This document shows positions 56,235 to 64,000 of a stretch of DNA of 64,000 nucleotides, one piece after another. The stretch is from contig NZ_DAISXZ010000003.1 in NCBI RefSeq assembly GCF_036825565.1, positions 8,527 through 72,526 on the forward strand, read 5' to 3'. How positions within the stretch are numbered: position 1 is the first letter of the stretch; the number at the start of each line of letters is the position of its first letter. The notes below the pieces were generated by a model. The model did not search any database. It was not told where the DNA came from and saw only the letters and a list, made by a program, of their open reading frames with translations. Position numbers and translations under genes: made by a program. The stretch is from Tepidimonas sp. (GTDB lineage: Bacteria > Pseudomonadota > Gammaproteobacteria > Burkholderiales > Burkholderiaceae_C).

Positions 56235-57167
56235 ATGAACACCTTGACGCGTCGACTCTACGCGGCCCGCGCCCAGCAGGGGCAGGGCACCGCGCGATCC
56301 GTGCCGGCGGCCAGCGCGAGCGCCACGGCAGCGCCGCTGCGCCCGGCCGCAGCCAGCCACGGCAGTGATCCGCTGGCGGCCTACCGCAGCATCACGCGCG
56401 AGCCGTACTGGCGCCCGGTGGCCGACGAGGTGGCGCTGTACGAGGCCGCTTACGCCGTGCGCATGCCGATGATGCTCAAGGGCCCCACCGGCTGCGGCAA
56501 GACCCGCTTCGTCGAGTACATGGCGTGGAAGCTCGGCAAGCCGCTGATCACCGTGGCCTGCCACGAGGACATGACGGCCTCCGACCTGGTCGGACGCTTT
56601 CTGCTCGACGCGCAGGGCACGCGCTGGCAAGACGGGCCGCTGGCGCTGGCGGCGCGCCACGGGGCCATCTGTTACCTCGACGAGGTGGTCGAGGCGCGCC
56701 AGGACACCACCGTCGTCATCCACCCGCTGACCGACAAGCGCCGCATGCTGCCGTTGGAAAAGAAAGGCGAGGTCATCGAGGCGCATCCGGATTTTCAGCT
56801 CGTCATTTCCTTCAACCCGGGCTATCAGAGCCTGATGAAGGACCTGAAGCAGTCCACCAAGCAGCGCTTCGGTGCGCTGGACTTCGATTACCCCGAGCAG
56901 GAGGTCGAAGCCGAAATCGTCGCGCACGAATCCGGGGTCGATCGCGAGACCGCCAGCAAACTGGTGCATATTGCCGAGCGGGCGCGCAACCTCAAGGGCC
57001 ATGGGCTGGATGAGGGCATTTCCACCCGCATGTTGATCCATGCCGGCAGCCTGATCGCGCAGGGGGTGCCGGCGCTGTCGGCCTGCCGCATGGCGCTGGT
57101 GCGCCCGATCACCGACGATGCCGACATGCGCGACGCGCTGGATGCGGCGGTGACCACCTACTTCTGA
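56235..57167 (+). CDS. cbbQ: MoxR-type AAA+ RuBisCO activase subunit
   Basis: [42 protein letters not shown]; start uncertain. Confidence 0.95.
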   Translation: MNTLTRRLYAARAQQGQGTARSVPAASASATAAPLRPAAASHGSDPLAAYRSITREPYWRPVADEVALYEAAYAVRMPMMLKGPTGCGKTRFVEYMAWKLGKPLITVACHEDMTASDLVGRFLLDAQGTRWQDGPLALAARHGAICYLDEVVEARQDTTVVIHPLTDKRRMLPLEKKGEVIEAHPDFQLVISFNPGYQSLMKDLKQSTKQRFGALDFDYPEQEVEAEIVAHESGVDRETASKLVHIAERARNLKGHGLDEGISTRMLIHAGSLIAQGVPALSACRMALVRPITDDADMRDALDAAVTTYF

Positions 57168-57192
57168 TCCGGGCCCACCGCACCCGACGACG

Positions 57193-59556
57193 ATGGCCAT
57201 CCACCTAGTCGACTACGGCGAGCTGTTGGCTGAGCTGCCGCACGGCGCGCAGGAAGTGCTGCGCGCTGCGTGGCAGGAGGCCGCGCGCGCGCTGTCGTCG
57301 CGCGGGCTGGACAACTACCTCAAGGGCGCGTTGGCGTTGCACCACCTCGGCCGCGGCGAGGAGCTCACCGTCAGCTTCATCCAGCACATGCCGGCGGTGG
57401 GGCGCGCCATCGGGGAGGACGTGCTGCCGGACCTGGTCAATTTCCTGCTGTCGATGGCGTCGAAGACCTCCGGCCAGGTGCTGACCTTGGTCGTGCAGAC
57501 CGCCCCATCGGCGGCCGCCCGTCTGGGTGACCAGGAGCTGTTTCGCCAATACCTGAGCGTGCTTGGCATCATGCTGGCGCAGGCGCCGCAGGGCCTGCGC
57601 CCGATGCTGGAAAACCTGCCGCGGCTGCTGGAGCAATTGACGCTGGGGGGGCTGCGCCGCTGGGTGCAATGGGGGGCGCAAGCCTACCGCAGCGACGTCG
57701 AGGGCCAGCGGCGCTACTTCGGCCTGCAAAGCGCCGACGCGCTGGCGGTGCTGCAGCAGGAGCGCCGCGGCACGCTGTTCGTCGACATCCAGCGCCGCCT
57801 CAACCTGTACCTGCGCGCGCTGTGGGGGCGCGATTTTTTCCTGCGGCCCACCGCCGGGGATTTCGAGTCGCGCGAGGGCCTGCGCCCGTGTATCGAGCAG
57901 TTCGTCATCCACATCGCCGACGCCTACGACGACGTGTGCCCGCAGGGCGAGGACGGGCCGCTGGTGTCGGCGCTGGAGATCTACCGCGCCGCCGCCAACC
58001 ACGCCGCAGCGCACCTGGTGTTTGCGCGCGCTCCGCTGCCGGACGAGGGGCTGGATGCGCTGACCAAGGCGGTGGTGGAGCTGGTGGAGGACGCGCGGGT
58101 GGAAGGCGCGGCGATGCGGCGCTTTCCTAAACTGCGCGCGCAGTGGCGCGCTCTGCACCCACCGCCGGTGGAGCCGCCGACGCGCGCCGGTGACCTGATC
58201 AACCGGCTGGCGCTAGCGTGGCTGGACGAGCAGGCTGCCCAGGCCGACCGCGACCCCTGGGTTCAGCAGGGCGTGCAGGCGCTGGCCGCCTGGCCGGACT
58301 TGGACGACCCGCAGCGCAGCCTGGCGCTGGGCCGCGAGCTGGCGCAAAGCCTGCGCGAGCGCATCGGCGCCGAGGGCTGGCCGGCGTTTTCCGCGCGGCA
58401 GGACGGGCAGCGCGCGCTCTACCGCGACGACAACCGTGCCATCTGGGAAAGCGGCGCCTACGACGAAAGCGTGGCGCTGGCAGCGACCTGGGTGCGCCAG
58501 CAGCAGGTGCGCCGCAAGGTCAACGTGATGGAAATGGTCAATGAGGTCGACGTCGAATTCGCTGGCGACGACGCGCAGGAGGTCTGGATCCTGCCGACCG
58601 AGTTCTGGCTCGACCAGGAGGGCGTGACCATCAATTCGCTGCTCGGCCGTCCCCCGGTGGCCGATCCCGTGCACTACCCCGAGTGGGATTACCAGATCCA
58701 GCTGGAGCGGCCCGACTGGGTCACGGTGCTGGAGCGGCACGCGCAGGCAGGCGACGCGGCGCGCATCGATGCGCTGCTGGCGGAGCAAAAACCCGTCGTG
58801 CAGCGGCTGCGCCGCATGATCGAAGCGATGGCGCCGCAGGGTTTGCAGCGCATCCGCAAGGTGGAAGACGGCGACGAGCTCGACATCGAGACCGCGGTGC
58901 GCGCCTGGGTCGATCTGCGCATGGGCCAGCAACCCGATCCGCGCATCATGATGCAGCACCGGCTGCACACGCGCGACGTGGCGGTGCTGCTGTTGCTGGA
59001 CCTGTCGGCTTCCGCCAACGACCCGGTGCGCGGCAGCGAGCAGACGGTGCTGGACCTGACGCGCGCCGCCGCGGCGCTGCTGGCCGAGGCGCTGCAGCGC
59101 CTGGGCGACCGCTGCGCCATCCACGGCTTTCGCTCCGACGGCCGGCACGATGTTCACTATCTGCGGATCAAGGACTTTCGCGAACCCTGGGGGGAGCCGG
59201 CCAAGGCGCGCCTGGCGGCGCTGGAAGGGGCGTTTTCGACGCGGCTCGGGGCGGCGCTGCGCCACGCCGGCCAGCAGCTCAGGCGCCAGCCGCAGCGCAA
59301 GAAGATCGTCTTCGTCCTCACCGATGGTGAGCCGGCCGACGTGGACGTGCGCGACCCACAGTACTTGCGCATGGACGCGCAGCGCGCGGTGCAGGAGCTC
59401 AAGCGCGACGGCATCGTCACCTACTGCTTGACGCTGGATCCGCACGCCGACCAGTATGTCGAGCGCATCTTCGGTGCGCGCCACTACACCGTGGTGGACC
59501 GCGTGCAGCGCCTGCCGGAGGTGCTGCCCACGCTCTACCTGGGGCTGACACGATGA
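57193..59556 (+). CDS. cbbO: VWA-domain RuBisCO activase adaptor
   Basis: YPEWDY, DLSAS MIDAS motif, [20 protein letters not shown]. Confidence 0.95.
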   Translation: MAIHLVDYGELLAELPHGAQEVLRAAWQEAARALSSRGLDNYLKGALALHHLGRGEELTVSFIQHMPAVGRAIGEDVLPDLVNFLLSMASKTSGQVLTLVVQTAPSAAARLGDQELFRQYLSVLGIMLAQAPQGLRPMLENLPRLLEQLTLGGLRRWVQWGAQAYRSDVEGQRRYFGLQSADALAVLQQERRGTLFVDIQRRLNLYLRALWGRDFFLRPTAGDFESREGLRPCIEQFVIHIADAYDDVCPQGEDGPLVSALEIYRAAANHAAAHLVFARAPLPDEGLDALTKAVVELVEDARVEGAAMRRFPKLRAQWRALHPPPVEPPTRAGDLINRLALAWLDEQAAQADRDPWVQQGVQALAAWPDLDDPQRSLALGRELAQSLRERIGAEGWPAFSARQDGQRALYRDDNRAIWESGAYDESVALAATWVRQQQVRRKVNVMEMVNEVDVEFAGDDAQEVWILPTEFWLDQEGVTINSLLGRPPVADPVHYPEWDYQIQLERPDWVTVLERHAQAGDAARIDALLAEQKPVVQRLRRMIEAMAPQGLQRIRKVEDGDELDIETAVRAWVDLRMGQQPDPRIMMQHRLHTRDVAVLLLLDLSASANDPVRGSEQTVLDLTRAAAALLAEALQRLGDRCAIHGFRSDGRHDVHYLRIKDFREPWGEPAKARLAALEGAFSTRLGAALRHAGQQLRRQPQRKKIVFVLTDGEPADVDVRDPQYLRMDAQRAVQELKRDGIVTYCLTLDPHADQYVERIFGARHYTVVDRVQRLPEVLPTLYLGLTR

Positions 59557-60215
59557 CGACGGGGCTGGCCGACCGCGCGCGGGTGCAGCTGCGCACCTTC
59601 GTTTTCATCGACGCGCTGCAGCCGCAGCTGGCCTCGTACCTCGGCACCTCATCGCAGGGCTTTCTGCCGGTGCCGGGCGATGCCTGCATGTGGATCGAAG
59701 TCGCCCCCGGCATGGCGGTCCACCGTCTCAGCGACATCGCGCTCAAAGCCACCAACGTGCGCATGGGCGAGCAGGTCGTCGAGCGGGCGTTTGGCTCAAT
59801 GGAGATCCACTATCGCAACCAGAGCGAGGTGCTGGCCGCCGGCGACATCATCCTGGAGCAGCTCGGCGCCCGGCTGGAGGACCGGCTGCCGTGCCGCGTG
59901 GCCTGGGCGGAAAACATCCGCGCCGTCACGCCCGATCACGCCACGCTGATCAACCGCCAGCTGCGCCGCGGCTCGATGCTGCTGCCGGGCAAGACGCTGT
60001 TCATCTTCGAATGCGAACCGGCCGGCTACGTGGTCTACGCCGCCAACGAGGCCGAGAAGGCCGCCAACGTCACGCTGGTGGACGTCAAGCCGTTCGGCAA
60101 CTTCGGCCGTCTGATGATGATGGGCAGCGAGGCCGAGGCCGCCGAGGCGCTGGCTGCCGCCGAGCGCGCGGTGGCGCAGATCAACCGCCGCGCGCGCACC
60201 GTCACACTGGGCTGA
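59553..60215 (+). CDS. csoS1D: tandem-BMC (trimer) shell protein
   Basis: [33 protein letters not shown]...ANEAEKAA...FGRL. Confidence 0.9.
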   Translation: MTTGLADRARVQLRTFVFIDALQPQLASYLGTSSQGFLPVPGDACMWIEVAPGMAVHRLSDIALKATNVRMGEQVVERAFGSMEIHYRNQSEVLAAGDIILEQLGARLEDRLPCRVAWAENIRAVTPDHATLINRQLRRGSMLLPGKTLFIFECEPAGYVVYAANEAEKAANVTLVDVKPFGNFGRLMMMGSEAEAAEALAAAERAVAQINRRARTVTLG

Positions 60216-60237
60216 AGCGACACGAGGAGACACCCCG

Positions 60238-61059
60238 ATGACCCTCGAGCGCGCACCGTTTGCCGTCGACACCCCGGCCAAGCGGCTGCTGTTTCACACC
60301 GTGCGCATCGAGACCGAGCTGGTCGGCCGCGGCAGCGGCACCGGCACCGCCTTCGTCGTCGAGCACGTGCATGCGCGCGGGCGCACGCGCTTCGTCGTCA
60401 CCAACCGCCACCTGGTGGACGACGTGGTGCGCGGCGCGCTGGTTTTCCCGCTGGCGCGCGACGGCCAGCCGCTGCTGGGCAGCCGCTTCGAAGTGCGCAT
60501 CGACGAGTTTGGCGAGGCGTGGCACCGCCACCCCGATGCGGCGGTGGATCTGGCGGTGCTGCCGCTGCAGCCGCTGCTGGAGGCCGCCGCCGCGCAGGGC
60601 GCGCAGCTCTACGTGCAGCCGGTCGGCACCGATCGGCTGGCCGGTGCGGCGCAGCTTGCGCAGCTCGATGCCCTGGAGGAGGTCTGGTTCGTCGGCTACC
60701 CCAGCGGCGTGTGGGATCAGGTCAACGCACTGCCGATCCTGCGGCGCGGCACCACCGCCACGCCGCCGGCGGTGGATTTCGAAGGCCGCCCTGAGTTTCT
60801 CGTCGATGCCGCGGTCTACCCGGGTTCCAGCGGCTCGCCGGTGTTCATCCGCGCCGCCGACGGCGGCGGCCTTTGGCTGGCCGGCGTCATCGCGGCGGTG
60901 TTTTTTCGCGAAGAGTCGCTGCGCCTGACACCCCAGCCGGTGCCGGCAAGCACGGCGCTGGAGGCAGTCGGCGCCGAGATGATCGATCTGGGGCTGGTCG
61001 TCAAGGCGAAAGCCGTGCACGAGCTGCTGCACGATTACCTGCGCCACTGGCAGAGCTGA
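60238..61059 (+). CDS. trypsin-like (S1 clan) serine protease with no signal peptide
   Basis: GTAF, VTNRHLV (His), VDLAVL (Asp), VGYP, PGSSGSPVF (Ser); GAGGAG RBS. Confidence 0.88.
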   Translation: MTLERAPFAVDTPAKRLLFHTVRIETELVGRGSGTGTAFVVEHVHARGRTRFVVTNRHLVDDVVRGALVFPLARDGQPLLGSRFEVRIDEFGEAWHRHPDAAVDLAVLPLQPLLEAAAAQGAQLYVQPVGTDRLAGAAQLAQLDALEEVWFVGYPSGVWDQVNALPILRRGTTATPPAVDFEGRPEFLVDAAVYPGSSGSPVFIRAADGGGLWLAGVIAAVFFREESLRLTPQPVPASTALEAVGAEMIDLGLVVKAKAVHELLHDYLRHWQS

Positions 61060-61089
61060 CGTGACTTCAACTACCCAAGCGAGCGCATC

Positions 61090-62064
61090 ATGGTGTTCGA
61101 CCCGATCGTGTTGTTCTTTCTGCTGGGCCTGCTGGCGGGCCTGAGCAAGTCCGACCTCAAGATCCCGGCAGCCATCTACGAGGCGCTGTCGATCTACCTG
61201 CTGCTGGCCATCGGCCTCAAGGGCGGGGTGGAGCTGTCCAAATACCCGCTGGGCGAGCTCGTCAGCAGCAGCCTGGTCGTGCTGGCCGCCGGGATGCTGA
61301 TTCCGGCCATCGCCTTCCCGGTGCTGCGCTATCTGGGCCGACTCAACCACTACGACGCAGCCTCCATCGCGGCCCATTACGGTTCGGTCAGCGTCGTCAC
61401 TTACTCCGTGGCCGTGGCGACGTTGATGGAGCGTGGCTGGACGCACGACGGCTACATGGTGGTCTACCTGGCCCTGCTGGAGATGCCAGCGCTGGTGCTG
61501 GGCGTGGTGTTGGCCCGCCTGGGCGACGCTCGCGATGGCCAAAGCGGCGGGTTGGCAGCACTGCGCTCGATCCATTGGGGGCGCTTGGGCCACGAAGTCT
61601 TCTTCGGCAAAAGCATTCTGTTGCTGATCGGGGGGCTGATCATTGGGTTCGTGGCTGGGGTGAAGGGTTACGAGCCGATCGCTCCGGTGTTCAAGGAGGC
61701 GTTCAAGGGGCTGCTCGCGCTGTTCCTGCTGGAGATGGGATTGGTGGCCGCCTCGCGCATTGCAGCCTTCCGCTCTTACGGGGCGTTTTTGGTTGCTTTT
61801 GCCATCGTCATGCCGGTGGTGGCTGCCTCCATTGGCATCGCCACCGCGCGCTACTTGGACATGTCGCAGGGCAATGCAGCCTTGTTGGCCACGCTGTACG
61901 CCAGCGCCTCCTACATCGCGGCGCCGGCGGCGATGCGCATTGCCGTCCCGCAGGCCAATCCGGCGTTGTCGATCGGGGCCTCGCTTGGAGTAACATTCCC
62001 GTTCAATCTGTTTTTGGGCATCCCGATCTACGTGTGGATGTCCCGTACCTTCGTCCCCGGTTGA
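61090..62064 (+). CDS. sbtA: SbtA-family sodium-dependent bicarbonate permease
   Basis: KSDLKIP, IYLLLAIGLKGG, AAHYGSVS, FLLEMG, SASYIAAPAA, SLGVTFPFN. Confidence 0.92.
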   Translation: MVFDPIVLFFLLGLLAGLSKSDLKIPAAIYEALSIYLLLAIGLKGGVELSKYPLGELVSSSLVVLAAGMLIPAIAFPVLRYLGRLNHYDAASIAAHYGSVSVVTYSVAVATLMERGWTHDGYMVVYLALLEMPALVLGVVLARLGDARDGQSGGLAALRSIHWGRLGHEVFFGKSILLLIGGLIIGFVAGVKGYEPIAPVFKEAFKGLLALFLLEMGLVAASRIAAFRSYGAFLVAFAIVMPVVAASIGIATARYLDMSQGNAALLATLYASASYIAAPAAMRIAVPQANPALSIGASLGVTFPFNLFLGIPIYVWMSRTFVPG

Positions 62065-62070
62065 GCGCTC

Positions 62071-62355
62071 ATGGCCAAGGTCTACAAGCTGGTCACCATC
62101 TTCTGTGAGGCGGTGCTCGAGCCGCTGGTCGTGCGCGAGTTCGACCGGCTCGGCATCGTCGGCTACACGGTGAGCGACTGCCGCGGCCGCGGCACCCACG
62201 GCGTGCGCAGTGGCAACTGGCGCATCAGTTCGAACGTGCGCATCGAGGTCATGTGCGACCTGCCGATGAGCGACCGCCTGATGGAGGCGCTGGAGCCTTT
62301 CGATCGCGACTACGGCTTGCTGGTGGTGCGCAGCGACGTCGAAGTGCTGAACTGA
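62071..62355 (+). CDS. sbtB: PII-like SbtB regulator
   Basis: KLVTIFCEAVLE, GYTV...GRGTHG, NVRIEV; directly after sbtA. Confidence 0.88.
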   Translation: MAKVYKLVTIFCEAVLEPLVVREFDRLGIVGYTVSDCRGRGTHGVRSGNWRISSNVRIEVMCDLPMSDRLMEALEPFDRDYGLLVVRSDVEVLN

Positions 62356-62380
62356 ACGCTGGCGCCCGACCGGGCGCGGC

Positions 62381-62612
62381 TCAGGCTACCTGCCAGAACC
62401 CCTCGAGCAGATTGATCGCGTTGATGCCCACCTCGGCCACTGCGTAGCCGCCTTCGAAGGTAAAGACCGTCGGCAAGCCCACCTCGGCCAGCAGGCGCCC
62501 AACGGTCGTGTAGTCGGCGCTGCGCAGCAAAAAGCCGGAGATCGGATCGCCCTCGAACGTGTCCATGCCCATCGTTACCATCAGGGCGTCGGTGCAAAAG
62601 TCCGCCACGGCG
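62381..62612 (-). pseudogene. C-terminal remnant of a histone-deacetylase/acetylpolyamine amidohydrolase
   Basis: GMDTFEGDPIS...PTVFTFEGGY match the HDAC C-terminus; resemblance ends near 62615, with an in-frame stop at 62666-62668. Confidence 0.75.
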
Positions 62613-62959
62613 CGCCCGGCCAGCGACCTGAAACCGCTGGCCGCGCAGTCCGCCTGCGTGCGCGACTATCTGGCCACGCTGCCGGCGGCGGCCTGCTCCT
62701 GCAGCAACGCAGGCGATTTGTTGCAGAAGGCAGCCCGCTCGCCGGTGATCGTGTGTGCGCGGGTCGTGCGTCATGAGCCCGCGCGCGCGCAGATGGTCGT
62801 GCAAGGGCTCGAGCTGTGGCAGGGTGGTTGGTTGGACAGCAGGGTGGTGGCTTTGTCTCATTGCGGTGAGCACGCCTTGCGCATTGTCGACGGTCGCGCC
62901 CTATCGGCCAGCCATCCCGGCGGCTGGCCGCTTCATGAACTGCGCGAACGTGTGAGCAC

Positions 62960-63335
62960 CCCCTGCTATGCGTTGCGTTGGCACGCGGCACTGCGGGCCG
63001 GCGAGCGCTGGCAGCGGCGCCTCCCAGACGGCTTGGACGTGGTACTGGAGCCGCGTCGCTGGTGCGGGGAGATCATGGCGGCCGAGCCGCGCCGGCCCGA
63101 GGCCGACAACCTGGCTCGGCTGACCCCGCCGCTGCATTTTCAGCCGAACCCGCGTGAGATCGAAGGCTGGCACTTCATGAGGAATCCGCGACGATGCAAG
63201 AGCCGCCCCTACCAGGCCGAGGCCGGGCCGGACAACCTACGGCTGTTCATCGTTTCGCCGGCGGTCGATCGCAGATCGAATCGGTGCGTTTGGGGCGGCC
63301 GGATCGGGAGGGTTGCCCGCCGATCGAGCAACTGA
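62960..63335 (+). pseudogene. probable decayed hypothetical gene fragment
   Basis: Protein-like stretch VLEPRRW.GEI...[23 protein letters not shown] with no clear start; boundaries approximate. Confidence 0.35.
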
Positions 63336-63424
63336 GGTTTTCGCTGGCGGTCGAAGGGCCCCGCTCTCCGGCCAGTCGGTACCTTGAGCCTATCATTTTG
63401 ATCATCGATGGGAGGACGAGCACC

Positions 63425-64000
63425 ATGGTCATGGACGTGATCGACTACCGCCTGTACGGCGACGACATGCAGCTAGTGGAGCTGGAGCTGGACCCCGGCG
63501 AGGCGGCGATCGGCGAGGCTGGCAGCCTGATGTACATGGAAGACGGCATCCAGATGGAGACCGTATTTGGCGACGGCAGCGCGGCGCAGGGTGGGCTGTT
63601 CGGCAAGCTGCTCGGTGCCGGCAAACGGCTCATCACGGGCGAGTCGTTGTTCACGACCGTGTACGCCAACAAGGGCAACGGCAAGCGCAGCGTTGCATTC
63701 GCCGCGCCTTACACCGGCAAGATCATTCCCTTCGACCTCCAGCAGCACGGCGGCACGATCATTTGCCAGAAAGATGCTTTTCTGTGTGCCGCGCGCGGCG
63801 TGTCGCTGGGCATTGCCTTCCAGCGCCGCCTGGGCACGGGCTTTTTCGGCGGCGAGGGCTTCATCATGCAAAAGCTCGACGGGGACGGGCTGGCCTTCTG
63901 CCACTCCGGCGGCACGGTGCTCCAGCGCACGCTGGCTGCGGGCGAGCTGCTGCGGGTCGATACCGGCTGCGTCGTGGCCTACACCAGCGGCGTGGATTTC
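63425..64000 (+). CDS. TIGR00266/AIM24 family protein (runs off the window end)
   Basis: [24 protein letters not shown]...GEAGSLMYM...TGESLF...CQKDAFL...FGGEGF. Confidence 0.9.
   Translation, partial: MVMDVIDYRLYGDDMQLVELELDPGEAAIGEAGSLMYMEDGIQMETVFGDGSAAQGGLFGKLLGAGKRLITGESLFTTVYANKGNGKRSVAFAAPYTGKIIPFDLQQHGGTIICQKDAFLCAARGVSLGIAFQRRLGTGFFGGEGFIMQKLDGDGLAFCHSGGTVLQRTLAAGELLRVDTGCVVAYTSGVDF

Noticed and set aside
56235..59556. NorQ/NorD or a MoxR-vWA defence system
   Set aside because: The sequences and the position next to Rubisco fit CbbQ/CbbO, and no nor genes are present.

Overview
High-GC betaproteobacterial chromosomal window. Protein sequences and gene order look like Comamonadaceae, and a Tepidimonas-like organism is an unverified guess. 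Positions 1-46.8 kb are mostly housekeeping: adk, kdsB, lpxK, exbBD-like, xseA, sodB, icd, clpSA, sbcB, purD, hemF, nadD-rsfS-rlmH-maf-rng, msbA, tolB-pal-cpoB, a YeeE sulfur transporter, tcdA, tRNA-Lys, murI, rpsU, a PPK2/PAP, argDF, rpsT, a desaturase, a DEAD-box helicase and apaH. This part also holds a PAS-GGDEF-EAL gene broken by an in-frame TAG. Positions 46.8-62.4 kb carry a complete alpha-carboxysome CO2-concentrating locus: cbbR <- -> cbbL-cbbS-csoS2-csoSCA-csoS4A-csoS4B-csoS1-csoS1-bfr-like-acRAF-mcdA-mcdB-cbbQ-cbbO-csoS1D-[trypsin-like serine protease]-sbtA-sbtB, followed by gene remnants. The most unusual items are (i) a signal-less trypsin-like protease with an intact triad inside the carboxysome operon, (ii) a CbbQ with a ~42-aa N-terminal extension resembling the CsoS2 Rubisco-binding peptide, (iii) a short CsoS2 lacking an in-register frameshift site, (iv) a DnaA-box cluster upstream of xseA, (v) a promoter motif shared by rpsU, rpsT and tRNA-Lys, and (vi) several apparently leaderless genes. 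All calls come from reading motifs by eye, and no searches were run.
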